64,000 nucleotides of DNA from Candidatus Omnitrophota bacterium (GCA_029261065.1 JAJDCB010000019.1:11659-75658), one strand, 5' to 3'; counted from the stretch's first letter, positions 38,384 through 48,905 are shown. Made by a program: numbers and translations. Notes: generated by a model not told the origin, from the sequence alone.

Positions 38384-39364
38384 TTATTCTTTCTTTTTCA
38401 ACTTCTTTAAATCAACTTTCATGCCTAGGTGTATACCCATGACTTTAAGAAGGTCGTTAATTTCCGTAAGTGATTTCTTTCCAAAATTTCTAAAGGTAAG
38501 AAGTTCTGACTCAGTCTTTCTTACTAATTCAGAAATTGTTTTAATATTAGCATCTTTTAGACAGTTAGCACTTCTTACAGATAGTTCTAATTCTGAAATT
38601 GGTAGACGAAGCTTTTCATATAAGGCTTGTTCCTCAATAGAAATCTCTTCTTCTTCCTCTGGTAACTGACCGTAACTGACAAAAACGTCTAAATGCCTTT
38701 GAAGAATATTAGCTCCATAAAGCATTGCTTCTTTTGGACTCACACCACCATTTGTCGTAATCTCAACAACCAACCGATCGTAATCCGTTCTTTGACCAAC
38801 ACGTGTATTTTCAACACCAAAAGTGACTTTAGTAATTGGCGTAAAAATAGAGTCAATTGCAATTGAGTTAACAATATTATCTTTTTTGTTTAAATCAGAA
38901 GGAACATATCCTCTACCTCTTGAAACTTCCATTTCCGCGTAAAAATGAGTATCACGAGAAAGGGTAGCAATATGCAAGTCGGGATTTAAAACTTCAACCG
39001 TTTCATCACAAATAATATCAGCGGCTTTTATCTCACCCTTCTTTTCTGCTTTGATATATATAGATTTTGAGACTTTCGAATGTGAACGAACAACCAACTT
39101 TTTCAAATTCAGGATAATTTCAGATACAGACTCAATAATCCCTGGCAACGTCGAATATTCGTGTTTAGCCCCATCAATTTTAACAGAAGTTACAGCACTA
39201 CCTTCAATAGAAGACAACAAAATCCGTCTTAAGGAGTTTCCTAATGTGACACCATAACCTTTTTCAAAAGGCTCAGCTATAAATTTGCCATACGTTTCTG
39301 TATAACTTGTTTCATCACAATCTAGCCTCTTAGGCATCTGAAAATCACGCCATTTAACTCCCAT
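38384..39364 (-). CDS. rpoA: DNA-directed RNA polymerase alpha subunit
   Basis: 326 aa; N-terminal dimerisation domain and C-terminal domain (ELSVRSANCLK). Confidence 0.97.
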   Translation of the reverse strand: MGVKWRDFQMPKRLDCDETSYTETYGKFIAEPFEKGYGVTLGNSLRRILLSSIEGSAVTSVKIDGAKHEYSTLPGIIESVSEIILNLKKLVVRSHSKVSKSIYIKAEKKGEIKAADIICDETVEVLNPDLHIATLSRDTHFYAEMEVSRGRGYVPSDLNKKDNIVNSIAIDSIFTPITKVTFGVENTRVGQRTDYDRLVVEITTNGGVSPKEAMLYGANILQRHLDVFVSYGQLPEEEEEISIEEQALYEKLRLPISELELSVRSANCLKDANIKTISELVRKTESELLTFRNFGKKSLTEINDLLKVMGIHLGMKVDLKKLKKKE

Positions 39365-39488
39365 ACTCTCCTCCTAATTTACATTTGATATAAAAGTTAT
39401 CCGGTATTAATTTCTCCGAAAAACTTCTGCACAAACTTTGTAAGTTTATGAACATCTAAGAAACATATATAAGTATACCGCTAACTTT

Positions 39489-40118
39489 TTATCGACTATA
39501 AAGCTCGACGATCAACTGTTCGTTTACAGGAAAACCAATATCTTCCCTTTCAGGCAATCGTTTAACTTTTGCTTTGAAATGAGCATGATCAACATCAAGC
39601 CATTCAGGTACTGTACGATCTTTATTCGCTTCAATATTATCAGTTACTGTCTTTTCACCTTTTTTCTTAAACGTCAATTTAATTTCATCATCTTGTTTAA
39701 CCAAAAATGATGGAATATTAACACGTTGATCATTAACGTAAACATAACAATGACCTACAAGCTGGCGAGCAGCGCGTCTAGACGTACAAAAACCTAACTG
39801 AAAAATAACATTATCTAATCGACGTTCCAAAAACTGTAAAAGAGTTGTTCCTGCATTCCCCTTTTTTCTTACAGCTTTTGCAAAATAAAGACGAAATTGT
39901 TTTTCGTACAAGCCATAAATTCTTTTTACTTTTTGCTTTTCTCTAAGCTGAAGACCGTAGTTAGACATTTTCTGCCGTCTAGAATTTCCATGCTGACCTG
40001 GAGGATATTCTCTTCGATCAAAGGCACATCGATGCGTATTACAACGCGTTCCTTTCAAAAAAAGCTTCTCACCTTCTCTTCGACATAACCTGCAAACTGA
40101 ACCAACGTATTTTCCCAT
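39489..40118 (-). CDS. rpsD: 30S ribosomal protein S4
   Basis: MGKYVGSVCRLCRREGEKLFLKG carries the zinc-ribbon S4 N-terminus. Start chosen at the ATG at 40118, preceded by a GAAGGAG RBS; the longer ORF-track start would overlap rpsK. Confidence 0.9.
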   Translation of the reverse strand: MGKYVGSVCRLCRREGEKLFLKGTRCNTHRCAFDRREYPPGQHGNSRRQKMSNYGLQLREKQKVKRIYGLYEKQFRLYFAKAVRKKGNAGTTLLQFLERRLDNVIFQLGFCTSRRAARQLVGHCYVYVNDQRVNIPSFLVKQDDEIKLTFKKKGEKTVTDNIEANKDRTVPEWLDVDHAHFKAKVKRLPEREDIGFPVNEQLIVELYSR

Positions 40119-40138
40119 AACGCTTAAGCTCCTTCCCT

Positions 40139-40561
40139 CTAGACTCTTCTTTTCTTTCTTGGCCGACAACCATTATGCGGCAAAGGTGTAATATCTTTAA
40201 TTGAAGTGACAAGCAAACCATTGGATTGAATGGCTCTTATCGCAGATTCTCGTCCAGATCCTGGTCCCTTGACTAATACTTCAACTGTTTTAAGACCAAG
40301 ACTTTTTGCTTTTTGAGCTGCATTAGAGGCTGCAACTTGAGCGGCAAAAGGTGTGGACTTCTTAGAACCATTAAAACCAACAACTCCAGGTGTTGCCCAA
40401 ACAATGACATTACCTTGGCTATCCGAAATAGTGATAATTGTATTATTAAAAGTCGCTTTGATATGCACGACGCCTGAGGTAATCCCTTTAAGCGCTTTCT
40501 TTTTAGATTTCTCTTTTTTCTTTTGCTGTGCTTTTTCTTTTGCTTTCACTTGTTTTGCCAT
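40139..40561 (-). CDS. rpsK: 30S ribosomal protein S11
   Basis: [18 protein letters not shown]...[13 protein letters not shown]. Confidence 0.95.
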   Translation of the reverse strand: MAKQVKAKEKAQQKKKEKSKKKALKGITSGVVHIKATFNNTIITISDSQGNVIVWATPGVVGFNGSKKSTPFAAQVAASNAAQKAKSLGLKTVEVLVKGPGSGRESAIRAIQSNGLLVTSIKDITPLPHNGCRPRKKRRV

Positions 40562-40590
40562 GACTTATTATTCCTTTATGAAAAAAAAAT

Positions 40591-40959
40591 TTACTTTCGT
40601 TTGCCGCCTACACTTGGCTTTCTTCCCTTACGTGTTCGTGAGTTTGTTTTAGTGCGCTGACCTCGAACCGGTAAAGCTTTTCGATGTCTTAACCCTCGAT
40701 ATACTCCAATATCCATTAATCTTCTAACATTTTGAGTTACATCTCTACGCAAATCACCTTCCGTTATGTAATTACTTTGAATGATAGATGTGATTTTTGC
40801 AATCTCATCATCACTTAAATCTTTTGCTCGACGATTTCCATCAATATTAACTAGCGTTAATATCTTTTGAGAAGAAGTCAAACCTATCCCATATATATAT
40901 CGTAACGAAGCTTCAATTCTTTTATCATGTGGAATATCCACACCTAATATTCTTGGCAT
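40591..40959 (-). CDS. rpsM: 30S ribosomal protein S13
   Basis: [26 protein letters not shown]. Confidence 0.95.
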   Translation of the reverse strand: MPRILGVDIPHDKRIEASLRYIYGIGLTSSQKILTLVNIDGNRRAKDLSDDEIAKITSIIQSNYITEGDLRRDVTQNVRRLMDIGVYRGLRHRKALPVRGQRTKTNSRTRKGRKPSVGGKRK

Positions 40960-40963
40960 AACA

Positions 40964-41077
40964 CTATCCTTGTTTTTGTTTATGTTTTGGGTTGGAACAA
41001 ATAACCCTTACAACACCTTTTCGTCTGACAATTTTACAATTGCCACAAATTCTTTTAACTGATGATTTAACTTTCAT
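40964..41077 (-). CDS. rpmJ: 50S ribosomal protein L36 (37 aa; absent from ORF track, below cutoff)
   Basis: Manual translation: [37 protein letters not shown], a canonical C-x2-C...C-x4-H L36. Confidence 0.85.
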   Translation of the reverse strand: MKVKSSVKRICGNCKIVRRKGVVRVICSNPKHKQKQG

Positions 41078-41123
41078 AAAAACTCCTTAAACTTCTAAAA
41101 TACTTTAAACTTGAAACGCCTAA

Positions 41124-41885
41124 CTACAACTTCGTTAAAATTTCTGGTCCAGCTTTTGTTATCGCAACACAATGTTCAAAATGTGCAGATGATTTCCCAT
41201 CTTGAGTAACAACTGTCCAACCATCCTTCAATATCTTTGTTTGCCAAGTTCCTAAATTCACCATTGGTTCTATGGCAAGCACCATACCTTCTTTTAAAAC
41301 TGGGCCTTGATGCGGTTGTCCAAAATTAGGAATTTCAGGATCTTCATGTAAATTTTTTCCTATCCCGTGTCCTACAAACTCGCGAACAATGGTGTAGTTG
41401 TGTGACTCAACATATTTTTGAATGGCATGAGAAATATCTGAAAGATGATTATCAATGACCGCTTCTTCTATCCCTAGCATTAAAGACTTTTCAGTAACTT
41501 CTAGAAGTTTGTTTAATTGAGGATCGATTTGACCAATTGGTAACGTGACAGCCGTATCAGAATAATACTCTTTATAAATTATTCCAACATCTAAGCTGAG
41601 AATGTCACCCTCATTTAATACCCTTTTAGAAGGAATGCCATGAACAACTTCCTCATTAACAGAGACACATGCACATCCAGGAAATCCGCGGTAACCTTTA
41701 AAAGCAGGTATTACCTGATATCCCTTTATAATGTCTTCCGTTATACGGTCCACATCTTTCGTTGTCATTCCAGTTTTTAAAGAACATTGTACTTCGTTGA
41801 TAATCGCTGCTAACTTCTTACCCGCTTCACGCAATATTTGAAGCTCTTCGTCAGTCTTAATAGTAATTGTATTTTTAACGCCCAT
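41124..41885 (-). CDS. map: type I methionine aminopeptidase
   Basis: M24A metal ligands; 253 aa. Confidence 0.95.
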   Translation of the reverse strand: MGVKNTITIKTDEELQILREAGKKLAAIINEVQCSLKTGMTTKDVDRITEDIIKGYQVIPAFKGYRGFPGCACVSVNEEVVHGIPSKRVLNEGDILSLDVGIIYKEYYSDTAVTLPIGQIDPQLNKLLEVTEKSLMLGIEEAVIDNHLSDISHAIQKYVESHNYTIVREFVGHGIGKNLHEDPEIPNFGQPHQGPVLKEGMVLAIEPMVNLGTWQTKILKDGWTVVTQDGKSSAHFEHCVAITKAGPEILTKL

Positions 41886-42525
41886 CGAAAATTTGAGTCA
41901 ACACTCTCTGAAGGTCTTCCGTTTGAGCATCACCGTCAATCTCTTTTAAAATGCCTGAGCCGCGGTAATAATCTGTAATCGGTTTAGTGTTCTTCAGATA
42001 AACATCCATTCGTGTTTTTATTGTTTCTTCGTTATCATCAGCACGCTGATATAGTTCACCACCACACTGGTCACATACTCCCTCTTGTTTCGGAAGCTTA
42101 TTCGTCATATGAAACAACGCCCCACAATTTCGGCACACACGACGACCTGTTAAACGTTTTAGAATGATCGGTAATGATGCTTCAAGATAGATTGCATAAT
42201 CAAGTTCTTTTTCTAACCCTTTTAAAATTCTATTCAAATCTTTGGCTTGTACTTCAGTCCTTGGAAATCCATCAAGCATATAACCTTTATCCAAAGTCGA
42301 ATCGCTCTTTAACTTATTCTCAACCAATCGCGTTACAAGTTCATCCGGTACAAGATCACCACTATCTATAAATTTTTTTGCTTCTAAACCTAAATCTGAT
42401 TCGTTTTTCATCTCTTCGCGCAATAAATCACCCGTTGAAATATGAGCTACTCCCGTTGCAGCTTTAATGGCCATAGCAAGCGACCCTTTTCCTGCCCCAG
42501 GTGGTCCTAAAACAACTAATTTCAT
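41875..42525 (-). CDS. adk: adenylate kinase (zinc-lid type)
   Basis: GPPGAGKGS P-loop; lid region CRNCGALFH...CDQCGG. Confidence 0.95.
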   Translation of the reverse strand: MKLVVLGPPGAGKGSLAMAIKAATGVAHISTGDLLREEMKNESDLGLEAKKFIDSGDLVPDELVTRLVENKLKSDSTLDKGYMLDGFPRTEVQAKDLNRILKGLEKELDYAIYLEASLPIILKRLTGRRVCRNCGALFHMTNKLPKQEGVCDQCGGELYQRADDNEETIKTRMDVYLKNTKPITDYYRGSGILKEIDGDAQTEDLQRVLTQIFDGR

Positions 42526-43868
42526 CGTCTTCCTTTAAGTTGCCCTTGTTTCATAAACCCATCATAGTGTCTCATTAAAAGATGCGATTCAATTTGCTTC
42601 ATGGTATCCAACATAACCCCAACCATAATCAAAACACCTGTGCCACCAAAAAACGATGCCACCAAATACGGAACCTTCATGGCAGCCTGAATGGCATCAG
42701 GCATAACAGCAATGAAACAAATAAAACAAGCACCAGCCAATGTCACACGAACCATAATAAAATCAAGATACTCAGACGTCTGCGTTCCTGGTCTGACACC
42801 AGGAATAAAACCACCATTCTTTTTTAAATCTTCAGCTACTTTAACTGGATCAAAAACAATCGCCGTATAAAAATAACAAAAGAAAATAATTAAAACAGAA
42901 TACAAACCGTAATACAACCAACCACCTCTTGATAAAAATCCAGCCATCTTTTGAAAGCCAGGCGTTGGAATAAAGCTTGCTAACGTTGCCGGAAAAAGAA
43001 TAATGGATTGCGCGAAAATTATAGCAATAACACCCGCCGTATCTACCTTTAAAGGAATATAAGTACTTTGCCCACCGTAAACTTTACGTCCAACCACACG
43101 GCGTGCATATTGCACGGGAATTTTTCTCTGAGCCTGTGTAACCAGAGTTATCCCAATAATAACAGCAATTAAAAAAGCAATCATAATCAACAACGTCAAA
43201 GGTTGTAATTGAGCTCCCCCACCAGCATTAGGAGACATTAACACAATGAGTTGTCTTAAGGCAGCAGGTCCAGCGGCAATAATACCAGCTGTAATGATTA
43301 ATGATATTCCGTTTCCAATGCCTTTTTCCTGAATTTGTTCGCCCAACCACATTAACAATAACGTACCACACGTTAGTGTTAATACCGTCATAAAAACAAA
43401 AGCAGGACCTGGATTGTCAACGATAATCAAGCCTTGAAAAGCTTCTTTACTTTGTAGCCAAAGAGCAACAAAAAACGATTGAACCGCAGCCAAACCTAAC
43501 GTTCCATAACGCGTATACTGATTGATCTTATGATAACCAGTTTGACCTTCTTTAGATAATTTCTCTAAAGCAGGAATAACAGCTGTCAATAACTGCATGA
43601 TAATCGAGGCGGAGATATAAGGCATAATGCCTAACGAAAAAACGGTCATTTTTTCTAACGCTTGACCGGAGAACATATTCATAATTCCAAATATGCTTCC
43701 ATCCGCTGTAGAATTTATCTTTGCAAAATATTCACCCAATTTAGCCCCATTAACACCAGGCGTTGGAATCCAACATCCAACGCGATATGCTGCAATGATG
43801 CCTAATGTGAATATAATCTTTTTCTTTAACTCAGGAATCTTAAAACAATTTGCAAACTGTGCCAGCAT
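42522..43868 (-). CDS. secY: preprotein translocase subunit SecY
   Basis: 448 aa; 10 TM segments; canonical SecY motifs. Confidence 0.95.
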   Translation of the reverse strand: MLAQFANCFKIPELKKKIIFTLGIIAAYRVGCWIPTPGVNGAKLGEYFAKINSTADGSIFGIMNMFSGQALEKMTVFSLGIMPYISASIIMQLLTAVIPALEKLSKEGQTGYHKINQYTRYGTLGLAAVQSFFVALWLQSKEAFQGLIIVDNPGPAFVFMTVLTLTCGTLLLMWLGEQIQEKGIGNGISLIITAGIIAAGPAALRQLIVLMSPNAGGGAQLQPLTLLIMIAFLIAVIIGITLVTQAQRKIPVQYARRVVGRKVYGGQSTYIPLKVDTAGVIAIIFAQSIILFPATLASFIPTPGFQKMAGFLSRGGWLYYGLYSVLIIFFCYFYTAIVFDPVKVAEDLKKNGGFIPGVRPGTQTSEYLDFIMVRVTLAGACFICFIAVMPDAIQAAMKVPYLVASFFGGTGVLIMVGVMLDTMKQIESHLLMRHYDGFMKQGQLKGRR

Positions 43869-43871
43869 GTT

Positions 43872-44339
43872 TTATGTCTCCACCTTTTTCATAGAGCGAG
43901 CAACAACTTCAACCTTACCACCAGCAGCCTCAATTTTCTTTTGAGCTTCTTTGGAGATACTTTCTACATGAACATCAAGAGAAACCTTAATTTCTCCTTT
44001 ACCTAAAATTTTATGTGGTTTATTTAAACTTGAAATAAGTCCCTGTTGTTTTAACGTTTCCGCATTAACAGTACTACCCTTTTCAAATTTATTTAAACTT
44101 TGAACATTAACAACCTGATTAAGAATAGGACGATGACTGCGAAACCCTACTTTTGGGAGTCTTCGAATAAGAGGCATTTGTCCCCCCTCAGATCCGCCTA
44201 CAACCCAACGACCACTACGAGATCTTTGTCCATTTTCTCCGCGACCACTTGTCTTTCCCCGTCCAGACCCTCTTCCTCGCCCAACAATTCTTTTTTTCTT
44301 TCTTGAGCCTTTAGGAGATTTTATTTCATGAAGTTCCAT
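43872..44339 (-). CDS. rplO: 50S ribosomal protein L15
   Basis: Gly/Arg-rich N-terminus GRGRGSGRGKTSGRG. Confidence 0.9.
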   Translation of the reverse strand: MELHEIKSPKGSRKKKRIVGRGRGSGRGKTSGRGENGQRSRSGRWVVGGSEGGQMPLIRRLPKVGFRSHRPILNQVVNVQSLNKFEKGSTVNAETLKQQGLISSLNKPHKILGKGEIKVSLDVHVESISKEAQKKIEAAGGKVEVVARSMKKVET

Positions 44340-44351
44340 TATGCACCTAAT

Positions 44352-45086
44352 TTAAAATTTTAATCGACTTAAACCATCAATAGCTGCTTTAACAACATTA
44401 ATAGGGTTATTTGATCGATGACATTTAGTTAAAATATTGTGTATTCCCGCACCATCACATACGGCACGTACAGGACCAGAGGCAATAACACCAGTACCAT
44501 CAGAAGCTGGCTTTAATAAAACTCTTGCCCCTCCACATTGTCCAATAATTTCATGTGTAATCGTTGTTCCCTTCATTGGCACACTAACCATATTCTTTTT
44601 GGCAACAGCCATAGCCTTTCTAATCGCAACAGCAACTTCCGCAGCTTTACACAAACTATATCCAACTTTTCCTTTTGTATCACCCACAACAACTAAAGCA
44701 CTAAAAGAGAGCTTCTTTCCACCTTTTGTAACCTTTGTGATGCGATTGATAGAAATAACCTTTTCTATATATTCAGAATTTTCGTCTCGTCCTTGAGAAG
44801 AGTTACCTTTATACTGTGATTTCCTTGAATCTTTGCCACGCCCTTTCTTTTTATCTTCGACACTGGCTTCTTTACTATCTTGCACTTTTACCGGCTCAGT
44901 TGATTGAGCTTCTTTTTTGACGTCATCAACTGTTTTTTTCTCTGATTGGACTTCTTCTTTGACATCATCAGCTGGTTTTTTTTCTGATTGTACTTCTTTT
45001 TTGACGTCATCAGCTGGTTTTTTCTCTAATTGAGCTTCTTTTTTGACGTCTTCTACTGGTTTTTTCTCTTCTTTTGATTCTTCCAT
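44352..45086 (-). CDS. rpsE: 30S ribosomal protein S5 with an ~80-aa N-terminal extension built from tandem 13-aa Lys/Glu-rich repeats
   Basis: Canonical S5 core from [31 protein letters not shown] onward. Start taken at the ATG at 45086 ([10 protein letters not shown]), 4 nt after the rplR stop. The extension reads [54 protein letters not shown]. Confidence 0.9.
   Translation of the reverse strand: MEESKEEKKPVEDVKKEAQLEKKPADDVKKEVQSEKKPADDVKEEVQSEKKTVDDVKKEAQSTEPVKVQDSKEASVEDKKKGRGKDSRKSQYKGNSSQGRDENSEYIEKVISINRITKVTKGGKKLSFSALVVVGDTKGKVGYSLCKAAEVAVAIRKAMAVAKKNMVSVPMKGTTITHEIIGQCGGARVLLKPASDGTGVIASGPVRAVCDGAGIHNILTKCHRSNNPINVVKAAIDGLSRLKF
44900..45072. repeat. four imperfect tandem copies of a 39-bp unit inside rpsE (encoding the 13-aa repeats)
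   Basis: Plus-strand units such as tgattg(g/t)acttcttttttgacgtcatcagctggtttttt(c)tc, seen directly. Each unit contains T6-T8 runs. Confidence 0.7.
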
Positions 45087-45090
45087 ATTC

Positions 45091-45459
45091 TTAGAACTCC
45101 AGTCCACCTTTTCGCGCTCCATCGGCAAAAGCCTTGATTCGACCATGATAGAGAAAACCTCCACGATCAAAACAAACCTTTGAAATGCCCTTACCCTTGG
45201 CTAGTTCGGCAAACGATTCGCCCAACTTAGTGGCCGCTTCTTTATTTCCATTATTTTTGAGCTGTCCTTTTACATCTTTTGCGAGCGTTGACATCCCCAC
45301 AAGGACTTTTCCCGATACATCATCTATAATCTGTGCTTGAAAATTCTTTAAACTTCTATGTACGCATAACCTTGGCCGTTGAGAGGACCCAATAACTTTT
45401 TTACGAATGCGTTTGTGACGGTATATTCGACTAACTTCTCTAGGATTTACTTTTTTCAT
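45091..45459 (-). CDS. rplR: 50S ribosomal protein L18
   Basis: [21 protein letters not shown]...[17 protein letters not shown]. Confidence 0.9.
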   Translation of the reverse strand: MKKVNPREVSRIYRHKRIRKKVIGSSQRPRLCVHRSLKNFQAQIIDDVSGKVLVGMSTLAKDVKGQLKNNGNKEAATKLGESFAELAKGKGISKVCFDRGGFLYHGRIKAFADGARKGGLEF

Positions 45460-45487
45460 TTTTCTTCTCTAATAAATAAACAGATTT

Positions 45488-46027
45488 TTATTTAGTAACC
45501 GACTTACCTTGCTTTCTTCGAACAACTTCTCCAAGATAACGAATTCCTTTACCCTTATAAGGCTCAGCAGGCTTAAGCCCTCTTATCTGTGCAGCAATAA
45601 GTCCAACCTTCTCTATATCTTCCCCTTCAAGAATAATGGCCGTTTGTGATGGAACAGTTACCTTTACTTCTTTAGGAACTTCAAACTCAACAGGATGACT
45701 AAAACCTAAACTAAATACAATTTTATTCCCTTTTAAAGATGCACGAAAACCAATCCCTTGAATTTCTAATTCTCTTTTATGCCCCTTTGTTATACCCGTT
45801 ACCATATTAGCCAAATGAGCACGCACAGTGCCATGGTTCGACCGATAAATTTTGGCATCAGAGATGCGATTAACATGAAGCATTTCTTCTTTATGCTCCA
45901 CATTAATACCGTGGGGTATATTTAGCTCTAACTTACCCTTTGGCCCCTGCAACGAAACAAGATTCGGTTTAACATCAACCTTGACATCTTTAGGAACTTC
46001 TACTGGTTTTTTTCCTATTCTTGACAT
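45488..46027 (-). CDS. rplF: 50S ribosomal protein L6
   Basis: MSRIGKKPVEVPKDVKV. Confidence 0.95.
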   Translation of the reverse strand: MSRIGKKPVEVPKDVKVDVKPNLVSLQGPKGKLELNIPHGINVEHKEEMLHVNRISDAKIYRSNHGTVRAHLANMVTGITKGHKRELEIQGIGFRASLKGNKIVFSLGFSHPVEFEVPKEVKVTVPSQTAIILEGEDIEKVGLIAAQIRGLKPAEPYKGKGIRYLGEVVRRKQGKSVTK

Positions 46028-46038
46028 TTAATAAATCC

Positions 46039-46434
46039 TTACCATATATAACACAATACTTCGCCGCCTACGTTTAGTTTGCGAGCTTCTCTTTCTGATA
46101 ACACGCCCTTTGATGTAGAAATAACAGCTGTTCCTAAACCATTAATAACTTTAGGTAATGACTTCTTAGTTGAAAATACTCTTAAACCCGGTTTAGATAT
46201 TCTTTTTAAACCAATAACAGCGGGCTTCTTTCCAACATACTTTAGATATATCTTGTAAGTTCCCTGAACGTTCGACTTCATCAACCTAAAATCTTCAACA
46301 TAGCCATCTTTCTTAAAAATTTCTAGTATCTTACCTATTAAAATAGATGCAGGCACATCCACTGATTCTTTCTGAACTAACATCGCATTTCGAATATTTG
46401 TTAAAAAATTACTAATTGGATCATTTAAAGACAT
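46039..46434 (-). CDS. rpsH: 30S ribosomal protein S8
   Basis: MSLNDPISNFLTNIRNA. Confidence 0.95.
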   Translation of the reverse strand: MSLNDPISNFLTNIRNAMLVQKESVDVPASILIGKILEIFKKDGYVEDFRLMKSNVQGTYKIYLKYVGKKPAVIGLKRISKPGLRVFSTKKSLPKVINGLGTAVISTSKGVLSEREARKLNVGGEVLCYIW

Positions 46435-46500
46435 ACATTACCTCAATTTGATTGACTTGATCATCAAACGTTTTTACTTTTTCATAAATAAAACGAGATC

Positions 46501-46686
46501 TTACCAGCTCGCTTTTTTAACCCCTGGAATTTCACCACGCCACGCTAATTCTCGAAAACAAATACGGCACAAACTAAAACGACGTAAAAATCCTTTTGGT
46601 CGTCCACATATTTTGCAACGAGAATACGCTCTTGTTGAGAATTTTGCTTTTCCAGCAGCTTTATTAATTAAACCTTTTTTTGCCAT
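46501..46686 (-). CDS. rpsZ: 30S ribosomal protein S14, zinc-ribbon type Z (61 aa)
   Basis: [23 protein letters not shown]. Confidence 0.9.
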   Translation of the reverse strand: MAKKGLINKAAGKAKFSTRAYSRCKICGRPKGFLRRFSLCRICFRELAWRGEIPGVKKASW

Positions 46687-46692
46687 AATTTT

Positions 46693-47238
46693 TTATCTTT
46701 TTGCAAAAGGCATACCCAATAACCGCAATATTTCTTGAGTCTGCTCTTTAGGACCTCGATTAAAAACAAATGTAATATCCATTCCTTGTGGATGAGCCAA
46801 TTTACCTGGATCGATCTCAGGAAAAATTGCTTGCTCAACGATACCAACTGAAAAATTCCCTCTTTTATCAAATGATTTATTAGACACCCCATTAAAATCG
46901 CGAATCCGCGGTAGTGTTGTATTAACAAATCTATCAATAAACTCATACATACGCGTACGACGAAGAGTCACCTTACATCCAATAGGTAAATCTTCTCTTA
47001 ACTTAAAATTTGAAATAGCTACTTTTGATTTTGTAATAAGCGGTTTTTGACCTGCTATTTTAGTTAAATCTTTAACAGCACTATCAAGAACTTTCATATC
47101 TCCAATAGCTTTACCAACACCCATATTGATGACAACCTTTTGTAGCCTTGGAATTGCCATGACATTTTTAATGGCAAACTTCTCTTTTACAACTTTAACT
47201 ATCTCATCTTCATATTTTTTTTGTAATGTCGGAAGCAT
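46693..47238 (-). CDS. rplE: 50S ribosomal protein L5
   Basis: MLPTLQKKYEDEIV...NVMAIPRLQKVVINMGVG. Start taken at the ATG at 47238, 1 nt after the rplX stop. Confidence 0.9.
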   Translation of the reverse strand: MLPTLQKKYEDEIVKVVKEKFAIKNVMAIPRLQKVVINMGVGKAIGDMKVLDSAVKDLTKIAGQKPLITKSKVAISNFKLREDLPIGCKVTLRRTRMYEFIDRFVNTTLPRIRDFNGVSNKSFDKRGNFSVGIVEQAIFPEIDPGKLAHPQGMDITFVFNRGPKEQTQEILRLLGMPFAKR

Positions 47239-47239
47239 T

Positions 47240-47551
47240 TTATAAAACCTCACCACTTGCTTTACTAACTCGAACCTTAGCTCCATCTTTTAATACAGAA
47301 ACGCCAAAACGAGTCGGTTTATTATTCTTTTTATCAGCTAACATTAAATTCGAGAGATGAATAGCAGCTTCAATCTCAATAAAACCACCTTGTTGGTCTT
47401 GCTGTGTTTTACGCTTAGCTTTTTTAACAAAATTAATATTTTCTATAATCGCGCGTTGTTTTTTAGGAAACACAGCCAATACTTTGCCCTGCTTGCCTTT
47501 ATCTTTGCCAGCAATAACTATAACTTGATCATTTTTCTTAATGTGTAACAT
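47240..47551 (-). CDS. rplX: 50S ribosomal protein L24
   Basis: MLHIKKNDQVIVIAGKDKGKQGKV carries a KOW motif. Confidence 0.9.
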   Translation of the reverse strand: MLHIKKNDQVIVIAGKDKGKQGKVLAVFPKKQRAIIENINFVKKAKRKTQQDQQGGFIEIEAAIHLSNLMLADKKNNKPTRFGVSVLKDGAKVRVSKASGEVL

Positions 47552-47920
47552 TTATACAACCTCGGGTGCTAATGAAATAATTTTCATGTAATCCATATTT
47601 CTTAATTCTCGAGCGACTGGTCCAAATACGCGCGTTCCTCTAGGGTTTCCAGCATCATCAATAATAACAACCGCATTAGAATCAAAACGAACATACGTGC
47701 CATCACTACGACGAATGGGTGATTTTGTTCGAACGATAATAGCTTTAGCCAAATCACCTTTTTTGACAGCAGCATCAGGAGAGGACTCTTTAATATTAAC
47801 TCTAATAATATCCCCAATACGCCCGCAACGTCTTCCTTTGGCGCCCAAAACGCTGATCATTGAAGCCTTTCTGGCTCCGGAATTATCTGCAACTTGTAAT
47901 ACTGATTTCATATATATCAT
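47552..47920 (-). CDS. rplN: 50S ribosomal protein L14
   Basis: [13 protein letters not shown]. Confidence 0.95.
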   Translation of the reverse strand: MIYMKSVLQVADNSGARKASMISVLGAKGRRCGRIGDIIRVNIKESSPDAAVKKGDLAKAIIVRTKSPIRRSDGTYVRFDSNAVVIIDDAGNPRGTRVFGPVARELRNMDYMKIISLAPEVV

Positions 47921-48204
47921 ACGACGCTCTTATCACCTTTCACAATATTGTGAATAGTCCATCTTTTATCTTTAGAGAGAGGTCTAGTTTCCATAATTTG
48001 AACAACATCCCCTGTTTTAGATTCATTCTTTTCATCATGCGCTTTATACTTTGTTGCGCGTCTCTCAACCTTATCATATTTAGAATGCTTAGATGCCCAC
48101 TTCACTTGAACAACGCGTGTTTTATTCATCTTGTCACTAACAACTGTTCCTTGAAGTAATTTTCGTCTTGAGTCTCTTTGTGATTTTTGTTCTTCAGCCG
48201 CCAT
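47917..48204 (-). CDS. rpsQ: 30S ribosomal protein S17
   Basis: [14 protein letters not shown]...KYKAHDE. Confidence 0.9.
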   Translation of the reverse strand: MAAEEQKSQRDSRRKLLQGTVVSDKMNKTRVVQVKWASKHSKYDKVERRATKYKAHDEKNESKTGDVVQIMETRPLSKDKRWTIHNIVKGDKSVV

Positions 48205-48232
48205 GATAATCCTTTTCTATTCTTACCAATGT

Positions 48233-48448
48233 CTACTTGGTTGCGTTTTTATTTTTTTCCGCTATTTCGTTTTCTCTTGCAATTGTCAAAATACGAGCGA
48301 TATTTCTTTTTAATAATCGAAATCGTGATGGTTTCTCAACTTGCCCCATTTTACGTTGATAACTAAGATCAAATAATTCTTTCTTAAAAGCTTTTTCTTT
48401 TTGAATCAAATCATCAGCGCTTAATTGTCTAAATTGTTCTTTTTTCAT
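48233..48448 (-). CDS. rpmC: 50S ribosomal protein L29
   Basis: 71 aa helical protein; LSADDLIQKEKAFKKELFDL. Confidence 0.85.
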   Translation of the reverse strand: MKKEQFRQLSADDLIQKEKAFKKELFDLSYQRKMGQVEKPSRFRLLKRNIARILTIARENEIAEKNKNATK

Positions 48449-48470
48449 AATATTCTACCAAACTTTCAAA

Positions 48471-48887
48471 TTACAGATTGGACCTTGTAACAAATTTACA
48501 TTTTACAGGCAGCTTAAATGCTACTAATCGAAAAATCATTTTTGCGAAATCTTCTGGTACCCCGCTTAACTCAAATATTACTTTTCCTCTTCTCACAGGA
48601 CACATCCAGTGGTCAAGATCACCTTTTCCTTTTCCCATTCGTGTTTCAGCAGGTTTTTTAGAAACAGGCTTCCAAGGAAAAACGTTGACCCAAAGCTTAC
48701 CAGCACCCTTCGTCTTTCTTGCAACAACTATACGACACGCTTCCATATGATTTGCTCGGATAATACCATTCTCAAGAGTCTTTATTCCATATTCTCCAAA
48801 GTGAAGTTTATGCCCTAAGGTTGCAAGACCACGCAACTTTCCTTTTTGAGATTTTCTAAACTTTACTTTTCTAGGCATTAAAAGCAT
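48471..48887 (-). CDS. rplP: 50S ribosomal protein L16
   Basis: MLLMPRKVKFRKSQKGKLRG. Confidence 0.95.
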   Translation of the reverse strand: MLLMPRKVKFRKSQKGKLRGLATLGHKLHFGEYGIKTLENGIIRANHMEACRIVVARKTKGAGKLWVNVFPWKPVSKKPAETRMGKGKGDLDHWMCPVRRGKVIFELSGVPEDFAKMIFRLVAFKLPVKCKFVTRSNL

Positions 48888-48905
48888 AATATCTTTCCTT
48901 TTATG

